Shown in pieces: positions 9,949 through 20,269 of a stretch of DNA of 64,000 bases. Location: positions 29,105 to 93,104 of the IMG/VR virus record IMGVR_UViG_3300031519_008107. The stretch is one strand, 5' to 3'. Made by a program: the position numbers and the translations under genes. The number at the start of each line of letters is the position of its first letter. Position 1 is the first letter of the stretch. Under the pieces are notes generated by a model. It did not search any database. It was not told where the DNA came from and saw nothing but the letters and a program-made list of their open reading frames with translations. Source of the DNA: a virus.

Positions 9949-9962
9949 GTCAAAGGAAGATT

Positions 9963-12161
9963 ATGTCTGCTCTTAATGAATTAAAAAACTATACGTTTGT
10001 TAGTAAATATGCTCGATGGATTGAAAGTGAAAACCGCAGAGAGACTTGGAAAGAAGCGGTTGATCGTGTGAAAAGTATGATGCATTCTTATTACAAAGAT
10101 AAAGATATTTCAGAGCAAATTGATTGGGCTTATGAGTTAATGTTGCAAAAAAAGGTGCTTGGCAGTCAAAGGGCGTTACAATTCGGTGGTGAACCTATTT
10201 TAAAAAGACATGCTAAAATTTATAATTGCACAAGTTCTCATTGTGATCGTTTAAGGTTTTTCCAAGAGTGCTTCTGGCTTCTGTTATGTGGAAGCGGGAC
10301 GGGTTTTAGTGTTCAAAAGCACCATATAGCAAAACTACCTAATTTAATCTCAAAACCTAAAGACACAGATAATGGTGTTAAGTATGTTATCGAAGACAGT
10401 ATTGAAGGTTGGGCAGACGCTTTGGGTGTATTACTAAGTTCTTACTTTAATAAGCCTTCAGAATCAAAATTCGCTACCTATAAAAGTCAATATATCGTTT
10501 TTGATTACAGCAATATTCGTGAGAAAGGCTCTACTCTTTCGTCTGGTGTAGGAAAGGCTCCGGGTTTTGAACCTCTGCAAAATGGGTTAGAAAAAATACG
10601 ATCAATTTTACAAAAGTGTGTAGAAAATGAACAGAAAAAACTTAGACCTATCGATGCTTACGATATTATTATGCACTCAAGTGATGCTGTATTATCTGGT
10701 GGTGTTCGCAGAAGTGCGTCGTTAGCATTATTTAGTGCTGATGATGAAGCAATGGCCAAAGCCAAAACAGGCAACTGGTACATCGATAATCCTCAAAGAG
10801 CAAGAAGTAATAATTCAGCATTGCTAATTAAAAACGAAATATCATACGAACAATTTGAGTCCCTTATGGAGTCTGTTAAAGAGTTTGGTGAGCCCGGTTT
10901 TATCTGGAGCGACTCAACAGAAATGACTTTTAATCCATGCGTTGAGGTAGGCATGTGGCCTGTAGACGAAGAAACTGGTAAGTCTGGATGGCAGGGTTGT
11001 AATCTTTCGACTGTCAATTGTTCATCAGTAACAGATGAAGAAGACTTTTTAGAAAGATGTAAGGCAGCAGCAATGATCGGTACTTTGCAAGCAGGTTTTA
11101 CCGATCTAGAATATCTGGGAGATATTAGTAAAAAGATTTTTGATAGAGAAGCATTATTGGGAGTGTCTTTAACAGGTATTATGGAGAAGCACGACTTGGT
11201 GTTAACCGAAAAGGTTTTAAAACAAGGAGCAAAGGTTGCTGTAGATACGAATAAAAAGCTATCTAAAACGATAGGAATTCGTCAAGCAGCTAGAGTGACA
11301 TGCTTAAAGCCAGAGGGAACTTCCAGCTCGATGCTAGGAACATCTTCAGGTATCCACCCACACCATGCTAAAAGATACATCAGACATGTGCAAGCTAATA
11401 TTTTAGAGCCTCCGTATCAGTATTTTAAAAGCTACAATCCACTAGCATGTGAAAAGTCAGCTTGGTCTGCTAATGATACAGATGAGGTCGTGAAATTCCC
11501 TATAGAAGTGCCTGACGGTTCTAAATTAAGAAATCAGTTGCCAGCAGTTGATATGCTAACTATTGTAAAAGACACACAAAAGAACTGGGTTCAGTCTGGG
11601 AAGAATAGATCATTATGCACTCAAGAATATCTCAGCCATAATGTTAGTAATACGGTTACAGTTCGTCCAGATGAATGGGCTGATGTTAGTAAGTATATTT
11701 ATGATAACCGTAAGTTTTTTGCTGGTATAAGTTTAATTCCACAAAGTGGTGATAAAGATTATCGTCAAGCCCCATTTACTACTGTATATACAAGTAGAGA
11801 AATCTCTAAAGAATATGGTGAAGCATCTATTTGGTGTTCTGGTTTAATTGAATTAGGATTGAATGCATTCGATAATAACCTATGGGCTGCTTGTGACTAT
11901 ATAACATTAAAACAAGACACAGATGCAGATACTGAAGATAAGAAATTATTTTCAATTAAAATGCAACGATTTGCTAAAAAGTATTTTGATAGCGATATTA
12001 AAAGACTTACATATTGTATGAAAGATGTTTATAATTGGAAAATCTATACAGATTTATTTGATAGTTATAGTAAGGTTGATTACACTCAACTGTTAGAAAC
12101 AGAGGACAATACGACAGGAATAGAGGAAATTAGCTGTTCAGGAGGCGCCTGTTTGATTTAA
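9963..12161 (+). CDS. nrdJ: class II (adenosylcobalamin-dependent) ribonucleotide reductase, monomeric RTPR type
   Basis: RRETW, YNC, GGVRRSA, NPCVE, CNL, KPEGT, Y.QAPF, C-terminal CSGGAC; SD AAGGA. Confidence 0.88.
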   Translation: MSALNELKNYTFVSKYARWIESENRRETWKEAVDRVKSMMHSYYKDKDISEQIDWAYELMLQKKVLGSQRALQFGGEPILKRHAKIYNCTSSHCDRLRFFQECFWLLLCGSGTGFSVQKHHIAKLPNLISKPKDTDNGVKYVIEDSIEGWADALGVLLSSYFNKPSESKFATYKSQYIVFDYSNIREKGSTLSSGVGKAPGFEPLQNGLEKIRSILQKCVENEQKKLRPIDAYDIIMHSSDAVLSGGVRRSASLALFSADDEAMAKAKTGNWYIDNPQRARSNNSALLIKNEISYEQFESLMESVKEFGEPGFIWSDSTEMTFNPCVEVGMWPVDEETGKSGWQGCNLSTVNCSSVTDEEDFLERCKAAAMIGTLQAGFTDLEYLGDISKKIFDREALLGVSLTGIMEKHDLVLTEKVLKQGAKVAVDTNKKLSKTIGIRQAARVTCLKPEGTSSSMLGTSSGIHPHHAKRYIRHVQANILEPPYQYFKSYNPLACEKSAWSANDTDEVVKFPIEVPDGSKLRNQLPAVDMLTIVKDTQKNWVQSGKNRSLCTQEYLSHNVSNTVTVRPDEWADVSKYIYDNRKFFAGISLIPQSGDKDYRQAPFTTVYTSREISKEYGEASIWCSGLIELGLNAFDNNLWAACDYITLKQDTDADTEDKKLFSIKMQRFAKKYFDSDIKRLTYCMKDVYNWKIYTDLFDSYSKVDYTQLLETEDNTTGIEEISCSGGACLI

Positions 12162-12180
12162 CTTTGTTCTGAGGTTTTGA

Positions 12181-12897
12181 ATGAAAAAAAATAGACAAAA
12201 AACGAAAACAGTTTCTAATATCCAAAAACCCCCGGTGAGAAAGATCTTATGTAAAAATAAACTTAAACCTAAGACTATTCATCAGGCTAGCTACATTAGG
12301 TCTATGGCTGAAAATGTTATGACATTTTGCCACGGTCCTGCTGGTAGTGGTAAAACACATATTGCAATTGGATTAGCCTTGGAGTACCTTCTTCAAGACA
12401 AAATTGAAAAAATTGTGATTACCAGACCAATTGTGGAAGCTGGTGAAAAGTTAGGTTTTCTTCCGGGAACAGCGGAAGAAAAACTTAATCCATATTTACT
12501 ACCTATTTTTGATGAGATAAATCATTTTATTAGCTACTCTGATCTATCATACTTAAAGAACGAAAAGAAAATATCTGTCGTACCTTTAGCTTTGATGAGA
12601 GGTCGTAGTTTTCATAATAGCTTTATCGTTGCTGACGAATGCCAGAATGCGTCATACGATCAGCTTAAAATGCTTTTGACTAGAATTGGCCATGACAGTA
12701 AAATGGTATTAACTGGTGATACAACACAATCTGACTTGCAATCGTTTAAACAAGGTGGTTTTATCCATCTTATGGGAATGCTTGAAGGTCTAGATAAAAT
12801 ATCTATGATGAATCTAGAATGTGCCGATATTATTAGAAATCCTATTATATCATCTATTGTTCATAGAATTAAATATCATGAAGACCAACAATTATAA
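12181..12897 (+). CDS. phoH: PhoH-like ATPase
   Basis: GPAGSGKT, TRP.VEAGE.LGFLPG, MRGRSF, DECQN, GD..QSDL. Confidence 0.93.
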   Translation: MKKNRQKTKTVSNIQKPPVRKILCKNKLKPKTIHQASYIRSMAENVMTFCHGPAGSGKTHIAIGLALEYLLQDKIEKIVITRPIVEAGEKLGFLPGTAEEKLNPYLLPIFDEINHFISYSDLSYLKNEKKISVVPLALMRGRSFHNSFIVADECQNASYDQLKMLLTRIGHDSKMVLTGDTTQSDLQSFKQGGFIHLMGMLEGLDKISMMNLECADIIRNPIISSIVHRIKYHEDQQL

Positions 12898-13501
12898 ATG
12901 TTTAGTTCTAAATAGTGACTACAGCCCACTAACCATAGTCAGTTGGGAAAAGGCTATGGTGTGGGTTTTTAGAGAACGTGGTAGTAATTCTGTAGATATC
13001 TTAGACTATCATAGAGATGATTATATCGTAGGAGCAAGTAGGCTTTACCCAATTCCTGCTGTTGCTAAAACAAACTTCTTTTATAAAAAGTTTAATCAAA
13101 GTGTTAAATTTACTAGAAAGAACCTATTCTTACGAGATAGTTATACTTGTCAATATTGCGGTATCAAAAAAGAATTAAAATATCTAACATACGACCACAT
13201 TATACCAAAAGCACAATGGGGTAAATACCCAAAAGATCAAACAGGAACCAACTGGACAAACGTAGTAACTGCCTGCAAACAATGTAATAGTAAAAAAGGA
13301 GGAAGAACGCCAAAACAAGCTAGTATGCCGCTGCAAAACTTAGCTACAGAACCATCAAATAACGAAAAATACTTGCCTGTAGTGGATCGTATTATTACTA
13401 TATCAGACATTCCAGAAGAATGGATGCTGTACTTACCTAAAAGATATTTAGAACTATGCCAATCTATACATATGTCTGTGAGAAATGTGAACGTAAAATA
13501 G
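12878..13501 (+). CDS. HNH endonuclease (McrA-like)
   Basis: LVLNSDYSPL, RD.YTCQYCG, TYDHIIP, W.NVVTACKQCN..KG. Start taken at ATG 12878 (MKTN). Confidence 0.88.
   Translation: MKTNNYKCLVLNSDYSPLTIVSWEKAMVWVFRERGSNSVDILDYHRDDYIVGASRLYPIPAVAKTNFFYKKFNQSVKFTRKNLFLRDSYTCQYCGIKKELKYLTYDHIIPKAQWGKYPKDQTGTNWTNVVTACKQCNSKKGGRTPKQASMPLQNLATEPSNNEKYLPVVDRIITISDIPEEWMLYLPKRYLELCQSIHMSVRNVNVK
13373..13401 (+). promoter_or_regulatory. possible sigma70-type promoter inside the HNH CDS
   Basis: TTGCCT-17 nt-TACTAT, 55 nt before the ATG at 13456. Confidence 0.4.
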
Positions 13502-13794
13502 AATTGATTGCTCATCACTCGAAATATCAAAAGACTATTGAATGCGATAAGTGTGGTACAGAATGTCAGAGATCGCTACAGGATGATTTACCTTCAGGAT
13601 TTGTTACATTATCAGATGGCGAATTAAAGCTAGGACATCTAGCCAAGAGAAATTCTGAAAAATTTAGTGATGACTATAAAGCACAGTTAAAACGAAAGCA
13701 TTATGATTATCAAGAACCAATTTCTCCTAAAGAGTTGCCTAAAGGCATGACGAGAATACCCAAACAACCAAAGATTAAATGGACAAAGGATTAA
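13456..13794 (+). CDS. FmdB-family zinc-ribbon protein
   Basis: MPIYTYVCEKC...CDKCG. Confidence 0.75.
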   Translation: MPIYTYVCEKCERKIELIAHHSKYQKTIECDKCGTECQRSLQDDLPSGFVTLSDGELKLGHLAKRNSEKFSDDYKAQLKRKHYDYQEPISPKELPKGMTRIPKQPKIKWTKD

Positions 13795-13795
13795 A

Positions 13796-14170
13796 ATGGA
13801 AAGCTTTAGAGTTAAAAAAGAAATGCCTAATTACACAAGTGCATACTATACTGTTATTGGTAATCACGATTATTTAGATGATAATAGCAATCCAATGCTT
13901 AATGATTTAGATGATGGCAAAGTAATGGCGGAGAAAATTATTTACAATGATGGCAGGGAAGCTTTTTACGTTAAAGTTGGAACATATGGTAAATTATATA
14001 ATCCTATAGGTATGTTTTCAGAAGGTCGTATCAAAAAGTATATGGCTAAGTTTGGTAAAAAAGAGTGGACACTTAAAAAAGTAAACCCAAAAGTATTCGA
14101 ATATTATGTGTCATTTTTAAGAACAAAGAATTTAGCATGGTTTAACAACGCAGAAAGGGAAATGGAATGA
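13796..14170 (+). CDS. hypothetical protein
   Basis: Tiles the operon; AAGGA SD. Confidence 0.7.
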   Translation: MESFRVKKEMPNYTSAYYTVIGNHDYLDDNSNPMLNDLDDGKVMAEKIIYNDGREAFYVKVGTYGKLYNPIGMFSEGRIKKYMAKFGKKEWTLKKVNPKVFEYYVSFLRTKNLAWFNNAEREME

Positions 14171-14490
14171 AAAAATTATCTCGTGTAAAGGAATATGCAG
14201 CTAGGTATCTGCATAAGGACTGCTCGATGTCTTTCAAAGAAATAGCTAAAGAGCTAGCAGTTACAGAAGAAACTGTTAAAAATACTTTAGAAATTGAAAC
14301 GAAGGAATCACCTTTAAAAACAGTTACATCTAAGACCTCAGATTTTATTAATGAAACGTCTATGAAGGGAACTCAAAGTGTCATGATTATGACAGAAGGA
14401 GCATCTCAGCAATTAGACGGAATTTCAGAAACACATAGATCAGCACCAAACACAAAATACGAAAATGTCATCAGAAAAGCCCGCGAATAA
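14167..14490 (+). CDS. hypothetical protein with N-terminal helix-turn-helix
   Basis: MSFKEIAKELAVTEETVK HTH pattern. Confidence 0.6.
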   Translation: MKKLSRVKEYAARYLHKDCSMSFKEIAKELAVTEETVKNTLEIETKESPLKTVTSKTSDFINETSMKGTQSVMIMTEGASQQLDGISETHRSAPNTKYENVIRKARE

Positions 14491-14899
14491 ATATTTGTCA
14501 AAATATTCTAATGGTAAAGAGGTTTCCGATGCACAATATATTACAGAAATAATATGTGAGCATAAGGCCCTTTTAGAGAAAAAAGATTTACACTATAAGT
14601 TCTGGCAAAATAAAGAATGGTCAAAATTTTATAGGGATCAAATATCATCATCACATAAACTGCTTAAAAAGTATAGTGCAAAATCCATTATAGCAGCTTT
14701 AAAAGATGAAAAATCTAAAAGAATTTTCTCTCTAAGGGCTCCTTCTTTACCTCCCTTAATTAAAAAACATGAACAGCTAATTAGTTCGCAGAATACAGAA
14801 TTAAAACTAAAAATAGAAAGAAAAGAAAATTCGACTTATCGAAAGAACGACAACAAAGGTATACTATCGAAATTAGAGGATTTAGATAATGAGCGTTAA
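14465..14899 (+). CDS. hypothetical protein
   Basis: Tiles the operon upstream of recA. Confidence 0.65.
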   Translation: MSSEKPANKYLSKYSNGKEVSDAQYITEIICEHKALLEKKDLHYKFWQNKEWSKFYRDQISSSHKLLKKYSAKSIIAALKDEKSKRIFSLRAPSLPPLIKKHEQLISSQNTELKLKIERKENSTYRKNDNKGILSKLEDLDNER

Positions 14900-15902
14900 A
14901 GAAGAGGTGAACAAGAGTTTTGGTGATGGTATTGTATTATCAGCAAACGCAGTTCTAGATACTAAACTTTTAAATGTTCCTGTGGGGCCATCTCTAGATA
15001 TTGTTTTAAATGGTGGTGTTCCAGAAGGTAGCTTTGTTATATTCACGGGACAGCCTAAATGTGGAAAGACCACAACCTCTTTATACTTAGCAGCTAATGC
15101 TCAAAAACCAGAGTATGCTTATGGGTCATTTAAAGACGGCAGGGAAGTCTATTATCTTAATATTGAGGGCAGATTAAAGAAAAGAGATTTAGAAGGTATT
15201 CCCCATATTAATAAAGATAAATTTCATATTATTGGTTCGCAACAAGGTAAAATTCTACATGCTGAAGAATATTTACAAATTGCTGAAAAAATTATTAATC
15301 AAGTTCCCGGATCTGTTGTAATCATTGATTCATATTCAGCCCTATGTACAGAAGCCGAAATTACATCCGATATGAGTAAAATGCAAAGAGCAGATGGCGC
15401 AAAGCTGTTAGCTAAATTTTGCAGAAAAGTGGCTAACGTTATCCCCGTTAATAAGAATATTGTAATTGGTATTACTCACCTAATGGGTAATCCTACAGGA
15501 TACGGTGCTGAATTTAAAGAAAAGTCTGGTCAAGCAGTAGCTTATCAAACAGATATCAAATTACGGGCTAAAAGATTTACTCCGTGGTTAGTAGGAAAAG
15601 ATAACACTCAAATAGGTCAAGAAGTAGAATGGCAAGTCATAACTTCTGCTCTAGGCTCTCCCGGAGGTAATATCAAAAGCTATATAAGATATGGAACAGG
15701 TATTGATAAACACATGGAGTTATTTAATCTTGCTGTGGATATCGGTATAGTAGCTAAAGGTGGTGCTTGGTATACGTTTACATGCTTACCTGATAGCCCT
15801 AAATTCCAAGGTGCTGAAAAAGCTAGAGACTTTTTAGTCTCTCAACCAGAATTATATGATAGTTTGTGGAAAGAAGTTAAAGACACTATGGGACTCAAAT
15901 GA
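14889..15902 (+). CDS. recA: RecA/UvsX-like recombinase
   Basis: SLD..L.GGVP.G, Walker A GQPKCGKT, Walker B VIIDS, GIDK, GAWY. Confidence 0.88.
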   Translation: MSVKEEVNKSFGDGIVLSANAVLDTKLLNVPVGPSLDIVLNGGVPEGSFVIFTGQPKCGKTTTSLYLAANAQKPEYAYGSFKDGREVYYLNIEGRLKKRDLEGIPHINKDKFHIIGSQQGKILHAEEYLQIAEKIINQVPGSVVIIDSYSALCTEAEITSDMSKMQRADGAKLLAKFCRKVANVIPVNKNIVIGITHLMGNPTGYGAEFKEKSGQAVAYQTDIKLRAKRFTPWLVGKDNTQIGQEVEWQVITSALGSPGGNIKSYIRYGTGIDKHMELFNLAVDIGIVAKGGAWYTFTCLPDSPKFQGAEKARDFLVSQPELYDSLWKEVKDTMGLK

Positions 15903-16306
15903 ATGTTACTGACTTAAATGGTAATATAAACAAATGGCATTTGTCTGGTTATATAGCTAAGGGGTCTATGACAAAAAAATCTAGCTTGCATTTGAAAGCT
16001 AGACAGCTTATTAAAGATTGTCATCCTACACTACAGATTTTAGAAGAAGTGCCGATAAAACCCAGACGCTCAGAGACATTATACTTAGACTTTTATCTAC
16101 CTTTAATTAAAACATGTGTAGAAGTTCATGGAGAACAACACTATAAGTTTGTTGCTTTTTATCATACTAATAAATTAAGTTTTTTTAAACATAAAAAGAG
16201 AGATCAAGAAAAAAAAGATTGGTGCGAACTCAATGACATATCTATTATAGAATTGTCATATGAAGAAGAATTAGAAGAATGGAAGAGAAAAATCAATGAT
16301 ACATAG
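15899..16306 (+). CDS. Vsr/DUF559-like PD-(D/E)xK endonuclease
   Basis: LDFYLP...VEVHGEQH...RD..K..WC..N.I. Confidence 0.65.
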   Translation: MNVTDLNGNINKWHLSGYIAKGSMTKKSSLHLKARQLIKDCHPTLQILEEVPIKPRRSETLYLDFYLPLIKTCVEVHGEQHYKFVAFYHTNKLSFFKHKKRDQEKKDWCELNDISIIELSYEEELEEWKRKINDT

Positions 16307-16796
16307 TCCTAGCACTGCTAAAGAAGAACTTCATAATTGGGATAATCTTTTAGATGAATATGAACATAGCGTAGGCTTACCATTATATCATGCAAAAGGA
16401 TTAAATGAAACAGATCTACAACAGTATTTAATTATGAATAGAAATCAATTAGAAAAATTAGGCCCTCAAGAATGTGCAGAGATAGCATATATATTAGGTC
16501 AGTTTTCTTTTCATACTCAAAGAACAGCAAACAGAGAAACAGCTAGATTTAATTGGGCTGATGAAACTATTAAAGAAGTTATTGCTGATGAAATTAATAA
16601 TTACAAAGGCTATGGCTACGTAGAAAAATCTATGCAAGCAATTAAGCATAATGAGAAAGCTAACAAGCTTAATAAAATTAAAAAATACGCAAAACAAAGA
16701 GTAGACAGATTGTGTTATCTATCTAATAGTATTAAAAACCTTTCAGATATTTTATTATCAATTCAAAGAGCAAAGATGGTGAAACAAAATGGATGA
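16296..16796 (+). CDS. hypothetical helical protein (possible recombination mediator)
   Basis: Coiled-coil character; lies between recA and dnaB. Confidence 0.55.
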   Translation: MIHSPSTAKEELHNWDNLLDEYEHSVGLPLYHAKGLNETDLQQYLIMNRNQLEKLGPQECAEIAYILGQFSFHTQRTANRETARFNWADETIKEVIADEINNYKGYGYVEKSMQAIKHNEKANKLNKIKKYAKQRVDRLCYLSNSIKNLSDILLSIQRAKMVKQNG

Positions 16797-17118
16797 TCTT
16801 AATCAGTTAAGCGATGAGCAATTAGACGTTATGATTCAAATGTTACAAAAAACTTTGAGTTCTAGAAGCACTGAAAAAAAACCAGCGGACGAACGTCCAA
16901 ACAAGTTTTTAGAAATGGCTGAGTTCTCAATGCATAAGGCTGACTCTATTATAGATAAGAAGTTGGCTGTTCAACCTCTGACTCCTAGAACTAGAAAGTT
17001 CACTACTATAAAAGTTAGATGCAGAGTTTGTGGTAAGGAAGAAGAGATAAATCCAGCGTTATTGGCTTCAGAAAAGCAAAGATATAAGTGTAACACATGT
17101 TCATCGATTGCGGGTTAG
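16789..17118 (+). CDS. hypothetical protein with C-terminal zinc ribbon
   Basis: CRVCG...YKCNTC. Confidence 0.65.
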   Translation: MDDLNQLSDEQLDVMIQMLQKTLSSRSTEKKPADERPNKFLEMAEFSMHKADSIIDKKLAVQPLTPRTRKFTTIKVRCRVCGKEEEINPALLASEKQRYKCNTCSSIAG

Positions 17119-17119
17119 A

Positions 17120-18577
17120 ATGAAACTTTCAGATAGTGCAGCGGAACGAGCCGTTTTGTCGGGTATCTTCAATTATGGGGAAGATGTCTATTTTGATATT
17201 TGCGACTTGGTGCAAGAACAATCTTTCACGATAGACAGCAATGTTTATCTGTATAAATGTTTTAGGCACATTTTTACTAATAATCAAAATCCTAAGCTAG
17301 ATGTAGCTTTAGTATTATCAGCGGCAGAAGAACTGTCTTTGTCTAAGATATTAACTACAAAAGAAGAAATACAACATCTTCAGGCTATCATTAATTTCCC
17401 TGTAGATAAAGGCAATCTTAGAAAATTTGCGTCTAAGATTAAGAAGTTAGAGATCGCTAGATTATTACAACAACAACTCGAAGAAGCGAAAGATAAAGTT
17501 CTTAAAATCAGCGGTAATGAATCTATTGGAAATATCGTAGGTATTGCTGAAGACATTATCTTTAATTTTACATCAATGTTAAACGACACTGAGGACGCTC
17601 CTACAGAACTTGGTAAAAATATTGAAGATTACATTAAAGATATTATAGAAAACCCTATAGATCAGATAGGTATTCCTACAGGCTTTCCCGTATATGATAA
17701 ATCTATTGGTGGCGGCTTAAGAAAAAGCACTGTCAACGTAATTGCAGCAAGACCTAAAACCGGTAAAACTTTATTGGCAGATAATATGAGTTACAATATT
17801 GCTGCTCACTGTGATGTTCCAGTACTTAATCTAGATACAGAAATGACTAGAGAAGACCATATAAATAGAACATTAGCTATGATGACTGATGTAGAAATTA
17901 ACGAAATAGAAACAGGTAAATTTTCTCAATCTCCCACTAAAACAGATAAGATCACAAAATCTGTAGGTAAATTAAAAAACCTTAAAATTTTCCACAAGTC
18001 TATAGCAGGCAAACCTTTTGAAGATCAGTTGTCTTTAGTTCGTCGATGGTTAATTAAAGATGTGGGATTGAATGAGGACGGCACGGCTAAAGACTGCGTT
18101 ATATTTTATGATTATTTAAAACTGATGGATAGTCAAGGTATGAGTCAAGATATGAAAGAATATCAAGTTCTTGGTTTTATGATGACTCAATTACATAATT
18201 TTGCTACGAAATATAAAGTACCTGTTGTAGCTTTTGTTCAGTTGAATAGGGATGGTATTACTAAAGAAACCACAGATACCGCTAGTGGTTCTGATAGAAT
18301 TATATGGCTCTGTAGTAACTTTACTATTTTTAAAAGAAAAACAGATGAAGAGATAGCAGAGGATGGTCCTGCTGCTGGGAATAGAAAATTACTGCCTGTA
18401 ATCAGTAGACATGGTGGTGGCTTAGACGATAATGATTACATTAACTGTCACATGGAAGGACAGTTTGCTAAAATTAAAGAAGGTAAAACCAGATTGGAGT
18501 TAATGAAATCTGATGACAGCAGCAACGACATACAGGAGTACATTGGTGACAACCAAGAAGAGATTCCCTTCGGTTGA
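17120..18577 (+). CDS. dnaB: replicative DNA helicase
   Basis: AERAVL, GIPTGF..D...GG, AARPKTGKT, DTEM, DYLKLM, QLNR, SGS..I. Confidence 0.92.
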   Translation: MKLSDSAAERAVLSGIFNYGEDVYFDICDLVQEQSFTIDSNVYLYKCFRHIFTNNQNPKLDVALVLSAAEELSLSKILTTKEEIQHLQAIINFPVDKGNLRKFASKIKKLEIARLLQQQLEEAKDKVLKISGNESIGNIVGIAEDIIFNFTSMLNDTEDAPTELGKNIEDYIKDIIENPIDQIGIPTGFPVYDKSIGGGLRKSTVNVIAARPKTGKTLLADNMSYNIAAHCDVPVLNLDTEMTREDHINRTLAMMTDVEINEIETGKFSQSPTKTDKITKSVGKLKNLKIFHKSIAGKPFEDQLSLVRRWLIKDVGLNEDGTAKDCVIFYDYLKLMDSQGMSQDMKEYQVLGFMMTQLHNFATKYKVPVVAFVQLNRDGITKETTDTASGSDRIIWLCSNFTIFKRKTDEEIAEDGPAAGNRKLLPVISRHGGGLDDNDYINCHMEGQFAKIKEGKTRLELMKSDDSSNDIQEYIGDNQEEIPFG

Positions 18578-19700
18578 TCAAAACAAACTGAAAGTTTTGT
18601 GTGATGTCTTATGTGACAAAATTACAGACTTATTAGACTATTTTGATATAGACTATAAAGAAAATGGCAAGATGATCACAATGGCTTGCCCTATTCATGA
18701 TGGCGATAATACATCTGCTATTAATATTTATCATGAAGGAGACATGTATAGAGGTAATTGGAAGTGTAGAACGCATAATTGTGAAGAATGTTTTAAAGGT
18801 TCTATCATTGGATTTATCAGAGGTGTGCTATCAAACAGACAAAAGAACTGGATGAAGCCCGGTGATGAAATGGTGTCTTTCAAAGAGGTTCTAGATTTCT
18901 GCACCAAGTTTACAAACCAGACACTAGAAGATATTAAGATAAATGAAGTTCATACCAATAAGAAAAACTTTACAAATGTTATTAACAATATCTCTAACAA
19001 ACAAGAAAAACATTTAACATACATTAGCCGTAAACAAATTAGATCATCACTAAAAATACCTTCTAAATATTATATTGACCGTGGTTATTCGTCAGGAATC
19101 TTAGATAAATATGATGTCGGGAACTGTACTAGACCTAAAAGAGAAATGTCTGGCAGGATAGTTGTTCCAATTTATAATCCAGAATACAACAATATGATTG
19201 GGTGTTCTGGTAGAAGTGCTTATAATAAGTGCGACAAATGTGGAGGATTCCATGACCCATTGAAGGATTGCCCATCTGCTGAAAATTTATGGAAATATTC
19301 AAAATGGAAACATAACTCTGGATTTAAAGCTCAAGATCATTTATATAATTTTTGGTTTGCGAAAGAAAATATTATTAAGTCATCTTTTGCTATTATACTA
19401 GAAAGTCCCGGCAATGTTTGGAAATTAGAAGAAAATGGTATACATAATAGTGTAGCTATTTTTGGAACTAATTTAAGTGCTAGACAAAAACTATTACTAG
19501 ATAGCTCTGGTGCTATGAGTTTAATTATAATTATGGATAATGATGAAGCTGGTCAAAGAGCAGCACAAAAGATTATAGAGAAATGCGACAGAACATATAA
19601 CACGTATTCTTTAAAAATTAATCAAAACGACATTGGGGATATGTCTCCTGACGAAATACAGAATCAAATAGTTCATAAAATAAAGGGATTGCCTATATGA
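18546..19700 (+). CDS. dnaG: DNA primase (zinc-binding domain plus TOPRIM)
   Basis: CPIH...WKC...C zinc-binding domain, R.VVPI, TOPRIM LESPGN and DNDEAG. Start chosen at GTG 18546 after AGGAG (track start 18513). Confidence 0.85.
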   Translation: MTTKKRFPSVDQNKLKVLCDVLCDKITDLLDYFDIDYKENGKMITMACPIHDGDNTSAINIYHEGDMYRGNWKCRTHNCEECFKGSIIGFIRGVLSNRQKNWMKPGDEMVSFKEVLDFCTKFTNQTLEDIKINEVHTNKKNFTNVINNISNKQEKHLTYISRKQIRSSLKIPSKYYIDRGYSSGILDKYDVGNCTRPKREMSGRIVVPIYNPEYNNMIGCSGRSAYNKCDKCGGFHDPLKDCPSAENLWKYSKWKHNSGFKAQDHLYNFWFAKENIIKSSFAIILESPGNVWKLEENGIHNSVAIFGTNLSARQKLLLDSSGAMSLIIIMDNDEAGQRAAQKIIEKCDRTYNTYSLKINQNDIGDMSPDEIQNQIVHKIKGLPI

Positions 19701-20269
19701 TTATTGCTTTTGCTGGAAGAAAACAATCTGGTAAGACCACCTCCTGTGAATTTGTTCAAAGCCTATTCGCAAACAAAGAAATAAAAACATACAACTTTGC
19801 AGATCCTCTGAAACAATTATGTTTAGATGTTTTAGGACTAAAGTATGAACAGTGTTATGGAACAGACGATAACAAAAACGAATTTGTAGACTGTTATTAC
19901 AATAAACAACAAATGACTGCTAGAGAAGTTCTACAATACGTTGGCACAGATATATTTAGAACTATGCAGCACAATGTTTGGTCATCAGCGACTATTCGAT
20001 TGATACAAAAAGACAAGCCGGATATTGCTTTAGTAGCTGATTGTCGATTCCCGAACGAGGTTGAGGCTGTTAAAAATGCTGGTGGTATAGTAGTAAAACT
20101 TAATAGAAACCTTTATGAGTCTACACATGCAAGCGAAACGGCTCTAGATGACAACAACTATGACCAATCTAATTTCGATCTAGTGATTGCTAACCTTGAG
20201 GGAAGCATTGAAGAAAAGAATAATATCATTAAAAACTTTCTAGCACACAAAGGAATATTACAATTATAA
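19697..20269 (+). CDS. deoxynucleoside monophosphate kinase
   Basis: GRKQSGKT, FADPLK, REVLQ.VGTD, DCRFPNE, HASE. Confidence 0.88.
   Translation: MIIAFAGRKQSGKTTSCEFVQSLFANKEIKTYNFADPLKQLCLDVLGLKYEQCYGTDDNKNEFVDCYYNKQQMTAREVLQYVGTDIFRTMQHNVWSSATIRLIQKDKPDIALVADCRFPNEVEAVKNAGGIVVKLNRNLYESTHASETALDDNNYDQSNFDLVIANLEGSIEEKNNIIKNFLAHKGILQL

Noticed and set aside
9816-9962. Cobalamin riboswitch upstream of nrdJ
   Set aside because: The region is short and AT-rich and lacks a recognisable B12-box or conserved core.
12878-13501. IscB/OMEGA RNA-guided nuclease
   Set aside because: No PLMP or RuvC motifs and no adjacent non-coding space for an omegaRNA; it is an ordinary McrA-like HNH.
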